In this document: positions 28,320 through 38,681 of the stretch, in pieces
How the letters are laid out: each line of letters starts with the position of its first letter
How positions within the stretch are numbered: the first letter of the stretch is position 1
The notes under the pieces: model-generated
The model's database searches: none
Told to the model about the DNA's origin: nothing
What the model saw: the letters and a program-made list of their open reading frames with translations, nothing else
Assembly: GCA_963741075.1 (NCBI GenBank)
Contig: CAVUGS010000019.1
Coordinates: 157,313-221,312 of the forward strand
DNA from: an uncultured Thermoleophilia bacterium
Lineage (GTDB): Bacteria; Actinomycetota; Thermoleophilia; UBA2241
DNA: 64,000 bases
Reading direction: 5' to 3'
Made by a program: the position numbers and the translations under genes

Positions 28320-29090
28320 TCAGCGCTCAGCCTGCCGTTCGCCAGCACCCAGTCGATGGTCGCCCGGGCCACCTCCGGCGAGCGGCCCGGGTCCGTGGTG
28401 CCCTCCCTGGCGAGGCGGATGAACTCGCGTGGGCGGCGCCAGCACGGCCGCCAGCAGCTCGCTGTGCGCGAAGGGCACGGCGTCGTCGTCGCGCGCGTGC
28501 GCGAGCAGCACGCGCGGCAGGCCGCGCGCCGCGGCGACGAGGTCGAGGTCCTCGAGGAACGGCCGCAGCGCGGCGGCGTCGAAGCGCGCCGAGTACTCGC
28601 GGCCCTGCGGGCCTCCGGGGGCGGCTTCGGGGTCGCGCTCGAGCTCGTCCAGGCCGGCGAGCAGCGACGCGCCGTCGGCGGGGCAGAGCAGCACGAGCGA
28701 GCGGAACAGCTCCGGCCGGGCGCGCGCCGCCAGCAGCAGCATGCAGCCGCCCATGCTGGCCCCGCGCGCGGCCAGCCACGGGGCGCCGGACTCGGCGAGC
28801 AGCCGCTCGCCGGCCGCGACGGCGTCCCGCCAGCCGTCCGGCCCCATGACGCCGCCGCTCTCGCCGTGGCCGCGGAAGTCGAAGGTCAGCGCGGCCAGCC
28901 CGGCCGCCGCCGCCTGCTCGCCCATCAGCTCGTGGTTCTCCTTGCGGCTGCCGGCGCCGTGACACACGAGCAGCGCGCCTGCCGGCGGGCCGGCCGGCCG
29001 GAAGAGCCGGCCGGCCAGCTCGACGCCGTCCGAGGCGATCGTCGAGCGGCCGCGGCGGCGGCCGGCTGAGGCGGAGGGGGTGGTGCCATC
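28320..29090 (-). CDS. Alpha/beta-fold hydrolase, 1 frame shift near the 5' end
   Basis: The nucleophile elbow GASMGG is present, along with FDFRGHGESGG and a C-terminal ARDDDAVPF..H. The ATG at 29090 (MAPPPPPQ...) needs one shift to join the ORF 28320-28967 frame. Confidence 0.6.
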   Translation of the reverse strand, partial: DGTTPSASAGRRRGRSTIASDGVELAGRLFRPAGPPAGALLVCHGAGSRKENHELMGEQAAAAGLAALTFDFRGHGESGGVMGPDGWRDAVAAGERLLAESGAPWLAARGASMGGCMLLLAARARPELFRSLVLLCPADGASLLAGLDELERDPEAAPGGPQGREYSARFDAAALRPFLEDLDLVAAARGLPRVLLAHARDDDAVPFAHSELLAAVLAPPTRVHPPRQGGHHGPGPLAGGGPGDHRLGAGERQAER

Positions 29091-29155
29091 ACGCCCGAGT
29101 TTAGCGAACGGGTACGGTGTGATGTACTACCCTCCCACCCGTTGACGGAGGTCAC

Positions 29156-30413
29156 ATGCACGAAGTGAACGTCGGCCGCAAGACGCTGGCCGACTACAGA
29201 AGCATCGTCCCCAGGGACCTGATGACCGAGATCGACGAGCTCGCCGAGCAGCTCAAGGGCCGTCAGGTCCTGCACGTCAACGCCACCGCCTTCGGCGGCG
29301 GCGTGGCCGAGATCCTCTACACGCTGGTGCCGCTGGTGAGCGACATCGGGCTGGAGGCGCACTGGCAGATCCTCACGGCGCCCCCCGAGTTCTACAACGT
29401 CACCAAGAGCTTCCACAACGGCCTGCAGGGGCACGCGGTCGACTTCCCGCCGGCGTCGCGCGCCCTCTACGAGGACGTCTGCCGCGCCAACGCGGCCGAG
29501 CTCACGCGTCCCTACGACTTCGTCGTCATCCACGACCCGCAGCCGCTGGCCGATCCGCGACTTCGTCTCGGTGAGCCAGGACCGCTCCACGTGGTGGATC
29601 TGGCGCTGCCACATCGACACGTCCACGCCGGACCGCGGGCTGTACGACTACCTGCTGCCGTCCATCAACCGCTACGACGCGGCCGTCTACACCCTCGCGC
29701 GACTACGTGCCCGCCGGGCCTCGACCGTCCCGGTGCGCGAGATCGCCCCCACCATCGACCCGCTCGCGCCCAAGAACATGAAGCTCTCGGCCGAGGACGC
29801 CACCTACATCGTGCGCCAGTTCGGCATCGACGTGGACCGGCCGCTGCTGCTGCAGGTCTCGCGCTTCGACCCGTGGAAGGACCCGCTGGGCGTGGTCGAC
29901 GTCTACCGCACCGTCAAGGCCAAGCACCCGGACGTCCAGCTCGCGCTCGTGGGCTCGATGGCCAGCGACGACCCGGAGGGCTGGGACTACCTCGAGCGGG
30001 TCATCGCCTACGTGGGCGGCGACCCCGACGTGTTCATCCTCTCCAACCTCGACAACGTGGGGTCGGTGGAGATCAACGCGTTCCAGAGCCACGCCGACGT
30101 GATCCTGCAGAAGTCCACGCGCGAGGGGTTCGGGCTGACGGTGGCCGAGGGCCTCTGGAAGGGCCGGCCGGTGGTCGGCGGCGACGTCGGCGGCATCCCG
30201 CTGCAGATCGAGGACGGCGTCACGGGGTACCTCGTGAGCTCCGCCGCCGAGTGCGCCGAGCGCTGCCTGCAGATCATGGACGACCCGGCCAGGCACCACG
30301 CGATGGCGCTGCTCGGCAAGGAGAAGGTGCGCCGCGAGTTCCTCACGCCGCGCCTGCTGCGCGACGACCTGCGGCTCTTCGCCGACCTCATGGAAGGTAA
30401 GATAGGAGCCTGA
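29156..30413 (+). CDS. treT: Trehalose glycosyltransferring synthase TreT (GT4), at least 3 frame shifts
   Basis: The protein is colinear with archaeal/Rubrobacter TreT as I recall it. Matching segments include LADYRSIV, HVNATAFGGGVAEILYTLVPL, FYNVTKSFHNGLQG, HDPQP, WIWRCHIDTSTP, IDPLAPKN, QVSRFDPWKDPLGV and STREGFGLTVAEGLWKGRPVVG. Confidence 0.8.
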
Positions 30414-30436
30414 CCAGCCGACGGAGGAGGGCCGGC

Positions 30437-31947
30437 GTGGAGCGTGTCGATCTCGCGGAACGCCGCCTCGTCGTGGCCGCCAACCGCGGCCCGGTGTCGT
30501 TTCACGACGACCCGTCGGGGGAGCCGGTCGTCACCCGCGGGCCCGGCGGCCTGGTCACCGTCCTCACGGAGGTCCTGCGCCACCACCCCGGCACGTGGGT
30601 GGCGGCGGCGCTGAGCGACGCCGAGCGCCGCCTCGCCGCCGAGAAGCGGGCCGTCGAGGTCGCGCTGGACGGGGAGCAGTACCGGGTCCGCTACGTCGCC
30701 CCCACCCTGACGCCTACCACAAGTACTACAACGTCGTCGCCAACCCGATGCTGTGGTTCATCCAGCACTACCTCTGGGACCTCGGCCGGCACCCGGACAT
30801 CCGCGCCGAAGAGATGGACGCCTGGCACAACGGCTACCTGGTGGTGAACGAGCAGTTCGCCAGGGCGGTGATCGACGAGGTGCGCCGGGGGCCCGACGGG
30901 CGCCGGCGCCGCGGCCCGGCCGGCGACGGAGGCGACGCGCTGGTGCTGCTGCACGACTACCAGCTGTACTGCGTCGCCCCGGACGTCCGGGCCGCCTGTC
31001 CCGGCGCCTTCCTGCACCAGTTCATCCACATCCCGTGGCCGCAGAGCGACTACTGGCGCGTGCTGCCCGAGCACATCCGCGAGGCCGTGTTCCGCGGGCT
31101 GCTGGGCAACGACGTGGTCGCCTTCCACACGCGTCACTACGTGCGCAACTTCCTGCGCTGCTGCGCCGACCTCCTCGACCTCGAGGTGGACGAGACGCGC
31201 TGCGTCGTGCGGTACGAGGGCCGCGAGGTGTGGGTGCGCGCCTACCCGGTGAGCATCGACCCGGCGTCGCTGCGCGACGCGGCGGGCTCGCACCGCGCGC
31301 GCACCGCCGAGCGCAAGCTGCGCGGCAGGCGGCGGGAGTTCCTCCTCCTGCGCGTCGACCGCCTCGACCTCAGCAAGAACATCATCCGCGGGTTCGTCGC
31401 GCTGGACCGCTTCCTCGAGCTGCACCCGGAGTTCAAGGAGCGTCTCACGTTCCTCGCGCTGCTGCAGCCGTCCCGCGAGGACGTGGAGGAGTACGTCACC
31501 TATCGGGAGCGGGTGGAGCGCATCGTCGCCGACGTCAACACCCGGCACGGCACCACCGACTGGATGCCGATCGAGCTGCGCATCCAGGACGACTTCCCGA
31601 CCACGCTGGCCGCCTACGCGCAGTACGACGTGCTGTTCGTGAACGCGATCAGCGACGGGATGAACCTGGTCGCCAAGGAGGGCCCCATCCTCAACCGGCA
31701 CGACGGCGTGCTGGTCCTCAGCGAGTACGCCGGCGCCTACGAGGAGCTCGGCGCGTTCGCCCTCGGCGTGAACCCGTTCAACATCGAGGGGCAGGCCGAG
31801 GCGATCTACCGCGCCCTGGTCATGCCGCCCGAGGAACGTGCGTCCCGGGCGGCCATGCTCCGCCGCGTCGTCGAGGAGAACAGCGTCGAGAAGTGGGTGC
31901 AGGCGCAGTTCGCCGACATCGCCGCCAAGCTCGATGAAGACGCTTGA
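30437..31947 (+). CDS. otsA: Alpha,alpha-trehalose-phosphate synthase OtsA (GT20), 1 frame shift near 30700
   Basis: Matching segments include LVVAANRGPVSF, YYNVVANPMLWFIQHYLW, LLHDYQLY, VDRLDLSKNIIRGF and NAISDGMNLVAKEG. Confidence 0.85.
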
Positions 31948-31992
31948 CGCAGGTCATGTCGGCGCCGGCGCGCGCCGGAGCAGCATCGCGCT

Positions 31993-32241
31993 ATGGTGAT
32001 CGACGTCCTCGGCCTTCCCGGCGCCGCGACGTCTGAGCTCGAGGCGGCCCTCGCTCAGGCCCTGGAGTCGCGCGGACTGACAGCGGACGTCGTCGTGCGC
32101 CGGGTCGAGGACCCCATGCTCATGATCGCCCGCGGGGTGCGCAAGCCGCCGGCGCTGGTCATCGACGGCACCGTCGTGTGCCGCGCCCGCGTCCCCGCCG
32201 TCGCCGAGATCCTCGGGTACCTGGACGCCGCGCGCGCGTAG
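31993..32241 (+). CDS. Small thioredoxin-fold protein of the MTH895/TM0996-like family lacking the CxxC motif
   Basis: The 82-aa product follows the pattern VIDVLG....L...V..AL...GL.A.V..V.D......GV...PALVIDG.VV..RVP. GLPGAATSE sits where GxGCxxC is expected, and no Cys codon occurs there in any frame. Confidence 0.45.
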   Translation: MVIDVLGLPGAATSELEAALAQALESRGLTADVVVRRVEDPMLMIARGVRKPPALVIDGTVVCRARVPAVAEILGYLDAARA

Positions 32242-32283
32242 GGGCGGCGGAGACATGGTCTCAGCCGCCGCCCAGCACGCGGG

Positions 32284-33006
32284 TCAGCTGCTGTAGAGGT
32301 GCGGGTAGGTCGCGAGAAGGATGACGGCGTAGACGAGGAAGACCCCGGCGATGGTGTTGACCGAGTAGCGCACGCCGCGGATCTTGAAGCGCTGGCCGAT
32401 GGCGATCAGGAAGAGCACCGCGGCGAGGAAGACGGTCACGCGGACGTAGTGCTCTCGCCGTGGCCCGCGATCTCGACGCCCAGGTCGAACGCGTGCGACG
32501 CCTCCTTGTTCAGCTCGTCCGCCTTCTCCACCAGGGGATCTTCGTACTCCGGCATGTAGCGAGGGCCGGGCGGGGCGCTCGGGTCGTTCATACCGTCGAT
32601 CGCGACCCAGGCGTCGAAGGCCTTCCTGTACTCGGGGGTGAAGCGGCGCTCGAGGAGCTGCTGCAGGCTCTTGTCGCCGGCGTCGTAGGCCTGGAGCCAG
32701 GCGGTGAAGGTTCCGGCGTTGTAGATGAGCGTCTGGTTGGCCGTGAGCTGCGTGCCGTTGGCTTCGGTCCGGAGGCGGGAAGAGGTGGCGTACTCCTTGG
32801 CGCTCTCGCCGTCGAAGAGAGCTGCCTGGTAGCCGCTCGAGCGCGGTCGCGATGGCGACGATGGCGAGCAGGATCGCCTCGAGGATCTCGATCGTCTCGA
32901 CGCGCCGCCGGCTGGGCTTGTGCGCGGCGTGTTCGTCCGGTTCGCCGTGCTCGCCGTGCTCTCGCAGGTGCTGCGCGACCTCGGCGTTGATGTTGCCTTC
33001 GGGCAT
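32284..33006 (-). CDS. Membrane protein with a His/Glu-rich N-terminus (DUF4337-like), 2 frame shifts
   Basis: The ATG at 33006 follows gaggagg. The N-terminus is MPEGNINAEVAQHLREHGEHGEPDEHAAH, followed by the TM segment ILLAIVAIATA and the C-terminal TM pair VTVFLAAVLFLIAIGQ..IAGVFLVYAVILLA. The family call is tentative. Confidence 0.5.
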   Translation of the reverse strand: MPEGNINAEVAQHLREHGEHGEPDEHAAHKPSRRRVETIEILEAILLAIVAIATALERLPGSSLRRRERQGVRHLFPPPDRSQRHAAHGQPDAHLQRRNLHRLAPGLRRRRQEPAAAPRAPLHPRVQEGLRRLGRDRRYERPERPARPSLHAGVRRSPGGEGGRAEQGGVARVRPGRRDRGPRREHYVRVTVFLAAVLFLIAIGQRFKIRGVRYSVNTIAGVFLVYAVILLATYPHLYSS

Positions 33007-33101
33007 GAGCCGGCTCCTCCTCGTCAGACCCAGCGCGTCCTCGTCAGGCGCAGATACTACATGACGTGACCGGCCGGTCACACGCCGGGCACCGGCGCGG
33101 C

Positions 33102-34193
33102 TCAGAGCGCTCGGGCCCGCTCTCGCGCCAGCGCGAGGTACTCCTCTGCGAGGTCGATGCCGACGGAGCGGCGGCCCAGCTGCGCCGCGACCACCATCGC
33201 CGTGCCCGTGCCGCAGAACGGGTCGAGCACCACGCCGTCCGGCGGGCAGGTGGCCAGTATGGGGATGCGGCACAGGTCGGCCGGGAACGGCGCGAAGTGC
33301 AGGCCGCGTCCCTGGGTGTCCTCGGGCAGGATGTCCCACACGTCGCCGGGCTTGGCGCCTCCCGGGTGGTAGCGCAGGAAGCAGAAGCCGCGCTCTTCGA
33401 GCTCGCGGGCGCGGCCGGACACCGCGCCCACGTCAGAGTGCGTCGCGCGCTGGCGCCCGCGGATGACCATGCGGAAGTCGGCGAGGCGGCCGGCGGCCAC
33501 CTCGCCGAGCGTCTCCTCGAGCGCCGCCAGCGCCGCCGCCTTCTCGAGCTCGTCCAGCGACGTCGAGAGCTCGATCTGGCGGCGGTAGCGCACGCCGCTC
33601 ACGCCGGTCGCGGAGACGACGGCGCCGTTCTCCACGCGCGCCGTGCGCGGCGCCCGCCTGACGGCGTCGGCGTCGTAGAAGTAGCCCCTGGGCCGGCGCA
33701 CGAAGTGGAACAGCAACTCGTGCACGTTGCGCAGCTTGTCCCTGCTCGTGTCCGGCCCGCCCTTGACCTTGTGCCACACCACGCTGTTGCGCAGCGTCCA
33801 GCCCTGCTCGTCGGTGAGGTGAAAGGCCGCGCGCCAGGGGATGCCCAGCTGGCGCTTGCCGCGGTAGGTGTCGCCGAGGTTGAGCCACAGCGAGCCGGTG
33901 GGCTTGAGCACGCGCTGCAGCGCGGCGGTGACGGCGCCGAGGGCGGCGACGTAGTCCTGCCAGCCGCCCTCGGCGCCGATGCCGCCGCCGGCGTAGCGCC
34001 GGTGCCCGAAGTAGGGCGGGCTGGTGATCGCGCAGTCGACAGAGGCGGCGGGGAAGAGGCCGAGGACCTCGGCGGCGTCGCCCTGCAGGAAGATGGGGCG
34101 CGGGTGAGGGCCCGCGTCGCCCGCGCCCGCGAGGTAGGCCGCCAGGCCGGCGCGGCCCTCAGGCCGGTCGCCGGGGCGGAGCGGGTTACTCAC
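33102..34193 (-). CDS. Orphan DNA methyltransferase (N4-cytosine/N6-adenine, beta class), intact
   Basis: SPPY is present in DCAITSPPYF, with the C-terminal AdoMet motif VVLDPFCGTGT. The GTG start at 34193 overlaps the upstream stop as GTGA. No restriction endonuclease gene is nearby. Confidence 0.8.
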   Translation of the reverse strand: MSNPLRPGDRPEGRAGLAAYLAGAGDAGPHPRPIFLQGDAAEVLGLFPAASVDCAITSPPYFGHRRYAGGGIGAEGGWQDYVAALGAVTAALQRVLKPTGSLWLNLGDTYRGKRQLGIPWRAAFHLTDEQGWTLRNSVVWHKVKGGPDTSRDKLRNVHELLFHFVRRPRGYFYDADAVRRAPRTARVENGAVVSATGVSGVRYRRQIELSTSLDELEKAAALAALEETLGEVAAGRLADFRMVIRGRQRATHSDVGAVSGRARELEERGFCFLRYHPGGAKPGDVWDILPEDTQGRGLHFAPFPADLCRIPILATCPPDGVVLDPFCGTGTAMVVAAQLGRRSVGIDLAEEYLALARERARAL

Positions 34194-35216
34194 GTCCCGA
34201 GGTAGCGCCGGTAGATCGCCTCGTAGTCGGCGACCATGCGCTCGACGGTGAACCGCTGCTCCACGGTGCGGCGGCAGACCGCCGGGTCGATCTCGCCGAC
34301 CCGTCCCACTGCCGCGACGAAGCTCTCGAAGTCGTCGACGACGAAGCCCGTGACGCCGTCGTCCACGACCTCGGGCACCGAGCCCTGGCGCATCGCCACC
34401 ACCGGCGTGCCGCAGGCCATGGCCTCGATCATCACCAGTCCGAACGGCTCCGGCCACGTGATGGGGAAGAGGAACGCGTGCGCGTGCGCGAACAGCTCGC
34501 GCTTGCGCTCGTCGCTGACCTCGCCCTCGTACACGATCTGCTCGCCGTCGATGTGCGGCTCGACCTTCTCCTCGAAGTACTGCGCGGTACGGCTCCTGCA
34601 GCACCCCGGCCATGATGAGCTTGCGGTCCAGCCGTCTGGCGGCCTCGATGCTGTGGTGGAAGCCCTTGGCCTCGCAGACGCGGCCGAAGGCCAGCAGGTA
34701 GTCGTCCTTCTCGGGCGTGTACGGCCACTGCTCGACGGCGATGGCGTTGTAGGCGAGACCGGCCCAGCTCATGCCGGGCGGCGCCATCGACCGCTGGTAC
34801 TCGCTGATGCAGATGTAGCCGACCTCGTGGGCGAACTGCTCGTAGAAGCCGTAGGCGAACTCGTCGAAGGCGCAGTGCACGGTGTGGACCATGGGCGTCG
34901 CCAGGTAGCGGCTGAAGGCGACGCCGAGGAACCCGGAGTGGTCGTGCACGAGGTCGAACCCGCTCTCCTCGATGTCGGCGAAGGCGAACGAGACCTGGCG
35001 GGCGTCGTAGGGCGTCACGCCGATCCGGTCGGGCATCTGCCGCGGGAACAGCGCGCAGAGCTCGGCCGCGGTGTGCGAGTCGCCGGTGGCGTAGAGGCGC
35101 ACGTCGTGGCCGTTGGCGACGAGCCCGTCGCAGAGCTGCTGCACGACCCACTCCGTGCCGCCGTAGCCTGCGGGCGGGACGGTGATCCAGGGAGGTGCGA
35201 GCTGGGCGATGCGCAT
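34190..35216 (-). CDS. GT4-family glycosyltransferase, 1 frame shift near 34590
   Basis: The N-terminus is MRIAQLAPPWITVPPAGYGGTEWVV. The C-terminus has FLFPITWPEPFGLVMIEAMACGTPVVA, the E-x7-E region. Confidence 0.8.
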
Positions 35217-35363
35217 GACGGCATTGTAGAGGACCCGGGACGGCCGCGACAGGTCTCATGCATACGGCCGGACGTGCCGATGGAAGCGCACACCCGGTGT
35301 CCGGCGCGCCGCCGGACCGGGCAGAGTCCCTGTCAGACCTGACGACGCGATAGAGTGGCGGCG

Positions 35364-36642
35364 ATGATCCTCTACCTCGACTGTGCCAGCGGCATCAGCG
35401 GCGACATGCTCGTCGGCGCCCTGCTCTCGCTGGCCGGGGCGCGCGAAGCCGACCCCGGCCCCCTCGACGACGCGCTGCGGCCGGCGCTGGCCGCAGCCGG
35501 CATCGACCCGCGGCTCGTGCAGATCGAGGACACGCGTCGCGGCGGCCGTCGCGGCGCTCGCCTTCAAGGTCGCCGACCAGCCCGGCTTCGCCACCTTCGA
35601 CGAGCTGATCGTGTCGCTGTACGCGTCGGACCTCGAGCACCCGGTCGCCGACGCCGTGGCGTCCATCGCGGAGCGCATGGCGGCGGCGGAGGCGGAGGTG
35701 CACGGCCGGGGCGAAGAAGACGAGCACCTGCACGAGCTGAGCGACGTCGACACCGCCGTGGACCTCATCTGCGCGGCGACGCTGCTCGCGAAGCTGGCGC
35801 CGGAGCGCGTCGTCGCGTCGCCGCCGGCGCTCGGCGACGGCGAGATCGAGACGGCGCACGGCACGCTGAGCGTGCCGGCGCCGGCCGTGCTCTCCCTGCT
35901 CTCAGGGCTGCCGACGGCCGGCGGCGCGCCCGCCGTGCCGGCGGGCGAGACCCCGGCCGCCCCGCTGGGCGAGCTCACGACGCCGACCGGCGCCGCCCTG
36001 CTCGCCCACTACGCGGAGGCGTTCGGAGGCATGCCCGCGGGCCGCGTCGAGCGCGTCGGCTACGGAGCCGGCCGCCGCGAGGTGCCCGGCCGGCCCAACG
36101 TGCTGCGCGCCGTCCTCGTGGACCCGGCGGGGCTGCCGGACGAGTCTGCCGCGGCCGACGCCGCCGCGGTCCCCGCGGCCGGCGGCCACGGCGCCGGCGA
36201 CCACGTGGTGCTCGAGGCCAACATCGACGACATGACGCCCGAGCTGCTCGCGCACGCCGCGAACGCGCTGCGCGAGGCGGGCGCGCTCGACGTGTGGATG
36301 AGCCAGGCGCTCATGAAGAAGGGCCGCCCCGGCGTGGTCCTCCACGTGCTCGCGGCGGCGGCCGACCGCGAGCGCCTCACGGACGCCGTCTTCTCGGAGA
36401 CCACCACCTTCGGGCTGCGCGTCGTCCCGTGCGAGCGCGAGTACGTCGAGGAGCGGCGCGAGAGCGTCAAGATCGGCAAGCTCAAGGTGAACGTCCGCCT
36501 CAGCTTCGTCGGCGGACGCCTCGCCACCGTCTCGCCGGAGTACGAGGACGTGCGCCGCGTGGCGGCGGCCGTGGGACGGCCCGCGCGGGTCGTCTACGAG
36601 GCCGCCCAGTCGGCGGCGCGCAGCCGCTTCAGCGGCTCCTGA
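35364..36642 (+). CDS. larC: LarC-family nickel insertion protein (pyridinium-3,5-bisthiocarboxylate mononucleotide nickel chelatase), 1 frame shift near 35540
   Basis: The N-terminus is MILYLDCASGISGDMLVGALLSL. Further segments are HLHELSDVDTAVDLI, GELTTPTGAALL and EANIDDMTPE..ALMKKGRPG. Confidence 0.75.
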
Positions 36643-36701
36643 CGCCGCGCCCGCTCCGCGCTCGTTCCGTCCGACGTCCTCCGGACCCCCGGTGTTCGAA
36701 A

Positions 36702-36738
36702 TTGACCGCTTTTGTGCCGCGCTAGTAGAATCGCGCAC
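36702..36738 (+). promoter_or_regulatory. Candidate promoter TTGACC-N18-TAGAAT with an imperfect palindrome (TGTGCCGCG...CGCGCACA) bracketing the -10
   Basis: ttgacc lies at 36702-36707 and tagaat at 36726-36731. The inverted arms lie at 36713-36721 and 36731-36738. Confidence 0.45.
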
Positions 36739-36823
36739 AAGGCGCCGGATTTCGCCCCCCGTGACGGTCCGGTCCCTTGCATCATCGAGACGCGCGGGAT
36801 AGTGGAGACCAAAGGAGGACGCG

Positions 36824-38534
36824 TTGAGTTCGATCGTTCGCAAGTCCCCGGTGCCGAGCGACATCGAGATCGCCCAGGCCGCCACCATGCAGCCCATCCA
36901 GGCGATCGCCGAGAAGGCCGGCATCCTCGAGGACGAGCTGGAGCTCTACGGCCGCTACAAGGCCAAGATCGACTACATGGCCGTCCTCGAGCGCCTCAAG
37001 GACAAGCCGGACGGCAAGATCATCGACGTCACGGCCATCACGCCGACGCCGCTGGGCGAGGGCAAGACGGTCACCGCCGTCGGCCTCACCGAGTCGATGA
37101 ACGCCATCGGCATGGACACGATGCTCGCCCTGCGCGAGCCCTCCCTCGGCCCGGTCTTCGGCATCAAGGGCGGCGCCGCCGGCGGCGGCTACTCGCAGCT
37201 CCTCCCGATGGAGGACCTCAACCTGCACTTCACCGGCGACATCCACGCCGTCGGCACGGCCAACAACCTGCTCGCCGCCATGATCGACAGCCACCTCATG
37301 CACGGCAACGAGCTCGAGATCGACCCGCTGACCATCTCCTGGCGGCGCTGCGTCGACCTCAACGACCGCGCCATGCGCGAGATCGTCAACGGCCTCGGCG
37401 GCAGGCTCAACGGCCTTCCGCGCCAGACCGGCTACGACATCACCGTCGCCAGCGAGGTCATGGCCATCCTCGGCCTCGCCACCTCGCTCAAGGACCTGCG
37501 CGAGCGCCTCGGCCGCATCACCTTCGGGTACAGCAGGTCGGGCAAGCCGCTGACCGCCGACGACATCGGCGCCGGCGGCGCCATGACGGTGCTCCTCAAG
37601 GACGCCATCAAGCCGAACCTCATGCAGACGCTCGAGGGCAACGCCGCGCTCATCCACGCCGGCCCGTTCGCCAACATCGCCCAGGGCAACAACTCGATCA
37701 TCGCCGACAAGGTCGCCATGAAGCTCAGCGACTACGTGGTCACCGAGAGCGGCTTCGCCGCCGACCTCGGCTCCGAGAAGTTCATGGACATCATCTGCCG
37801 CTACGGCGGCTTCGCGCCGAGCGCCGTGGTCATCACCTGCACCATGCGCGCCCTCAAGATGCACGGCGGCCTCCCGGTCGACCCCGAGCTGCTCAAGGGC
37901 GAGAACAACGAGGCCCTCACCAAGGGCTGCGAGAACCTCGCCAAGCAGATCGAGAACATGAAGTACTTCGGCGCTGCCGGTCGTCGTCACCATCAACCGC
38001 TTCGCCTTCGACCGCGACACCGAGGTCGAGATCGTGCGCAGGGAGGCCGTGGCGGCCGGCGCCGAGGACGCCGTGCCGATCAACGTCCACGCGCTCGGCG
38101 GCGACGGCGCCCAGGAGGCGGCCGAGGTCGTCAAGGCGGCCGCCGACAAGGGCGGGGACTTCAAGTTCCTGTATCCGCTCGAGGCCTCCATCAAGGAGAA
38201 GATCGAGACCATCGCCACCAAGATCTACGGCGCCGACGGCGTGGACTACCTGCCCGAGGCCGAGGCCAAGATCAAGCTGTTCACCGAGCAGGGCCTCGAC
38301 AAGCTGCCGCTCTGCATGGCCAAGACGCACCTGTCGCTGAGCCACGACCCGGCGCTCAAGGGCCGTCCGCGCGGCTTCCGCGTGCCGATCCGCGACATCC
38401 GTCCCGCCACCGGCGCCGGGTACCTCTACCCGCTCCTCGGCGAGATGCGCACCATGCCCGGCCTGGCCAAGCGCCCGGCCGCCGTCGACGTCGACATCGA
38501 CGTCGAGACCGGCCGGATCATCGGCCTGTTCTGA
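36824..38534 (+). CDS. fhs: Formate--tetrahydrofolate ligase, 1 frame shift near 37975
   Basis: The TTG start at 36824 follows aaaggagg. Matching segments include [42 protein letters not shown] and [17 protein letters not shown]. Confidence 0.9.
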
Positions 38535-38553
38535 GAACCTGAAGGAGCGACCC

Positions 38554-38584
38554 GGGGCGCCGGCCGCCAGACGGCCGGCGCCCC
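38554..38584 (+). terminator. Perfect 12-bp GC hairpin after fhs (no T tail)
   Basis: ggggcgccggcc (38554-38565) pairs with ggccggcgcccc (38573-38584). Confidence 0.35.
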
Positions 38585-38681
38585 GCGGAGCCCTCCAGGG
38601 CTCCGCCGTCCGGCCGGCGTCCGCCCGCCTCTCCGGTCGCTCCCCGTCCGCGACGCGCGAGCGCCGCGCTGGAGGTACACG

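Noticed and set aside
28134-29069. A 311-aa + strand ORF running through the alpha/beta hydrolase gene.
   Set aside because: Only the first 35 residues or so continue the ImmA-like protein. The remainder is antisense to a hydrolase with a clear GxSxG motif and is most likely read-through caused by an indel.
24731-35216. A genomic island integrated at tRNA-Gly. The tRNA is followed by accessory-looking genes: feoB, an ImmA-like peptidase, a hydrolase, trehalose genes and an orphan methyltransferase.
   Set aside because: No integrase, recombinase, transposase or phage gene is present. I did not see a direct repeat of the tRNA 3' end downstream. The genes are metabolically ordinary and have the same composition as the flanks.
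27764-35216. A possible anti-phage defence locus (M78 peptidase, orphan methyltransferase, hydrolase).
   Set aside because: The genes lie in different transcription units, separated by trehalose synthesis genes. There is no nuclease, ATPase/helicase, Xre partner or restriction subunit, so nothing ties them into a system.
36732-36823. A THF or other riboswitch in the ~90-nt fhs leader.
   Set aside because: I could not match the leader to the conserved cores of the THF-I or THF-II motifs as I remember them. It contains only short generic GC hairpins. A covariance-model scan would be needed to exclude this formally.
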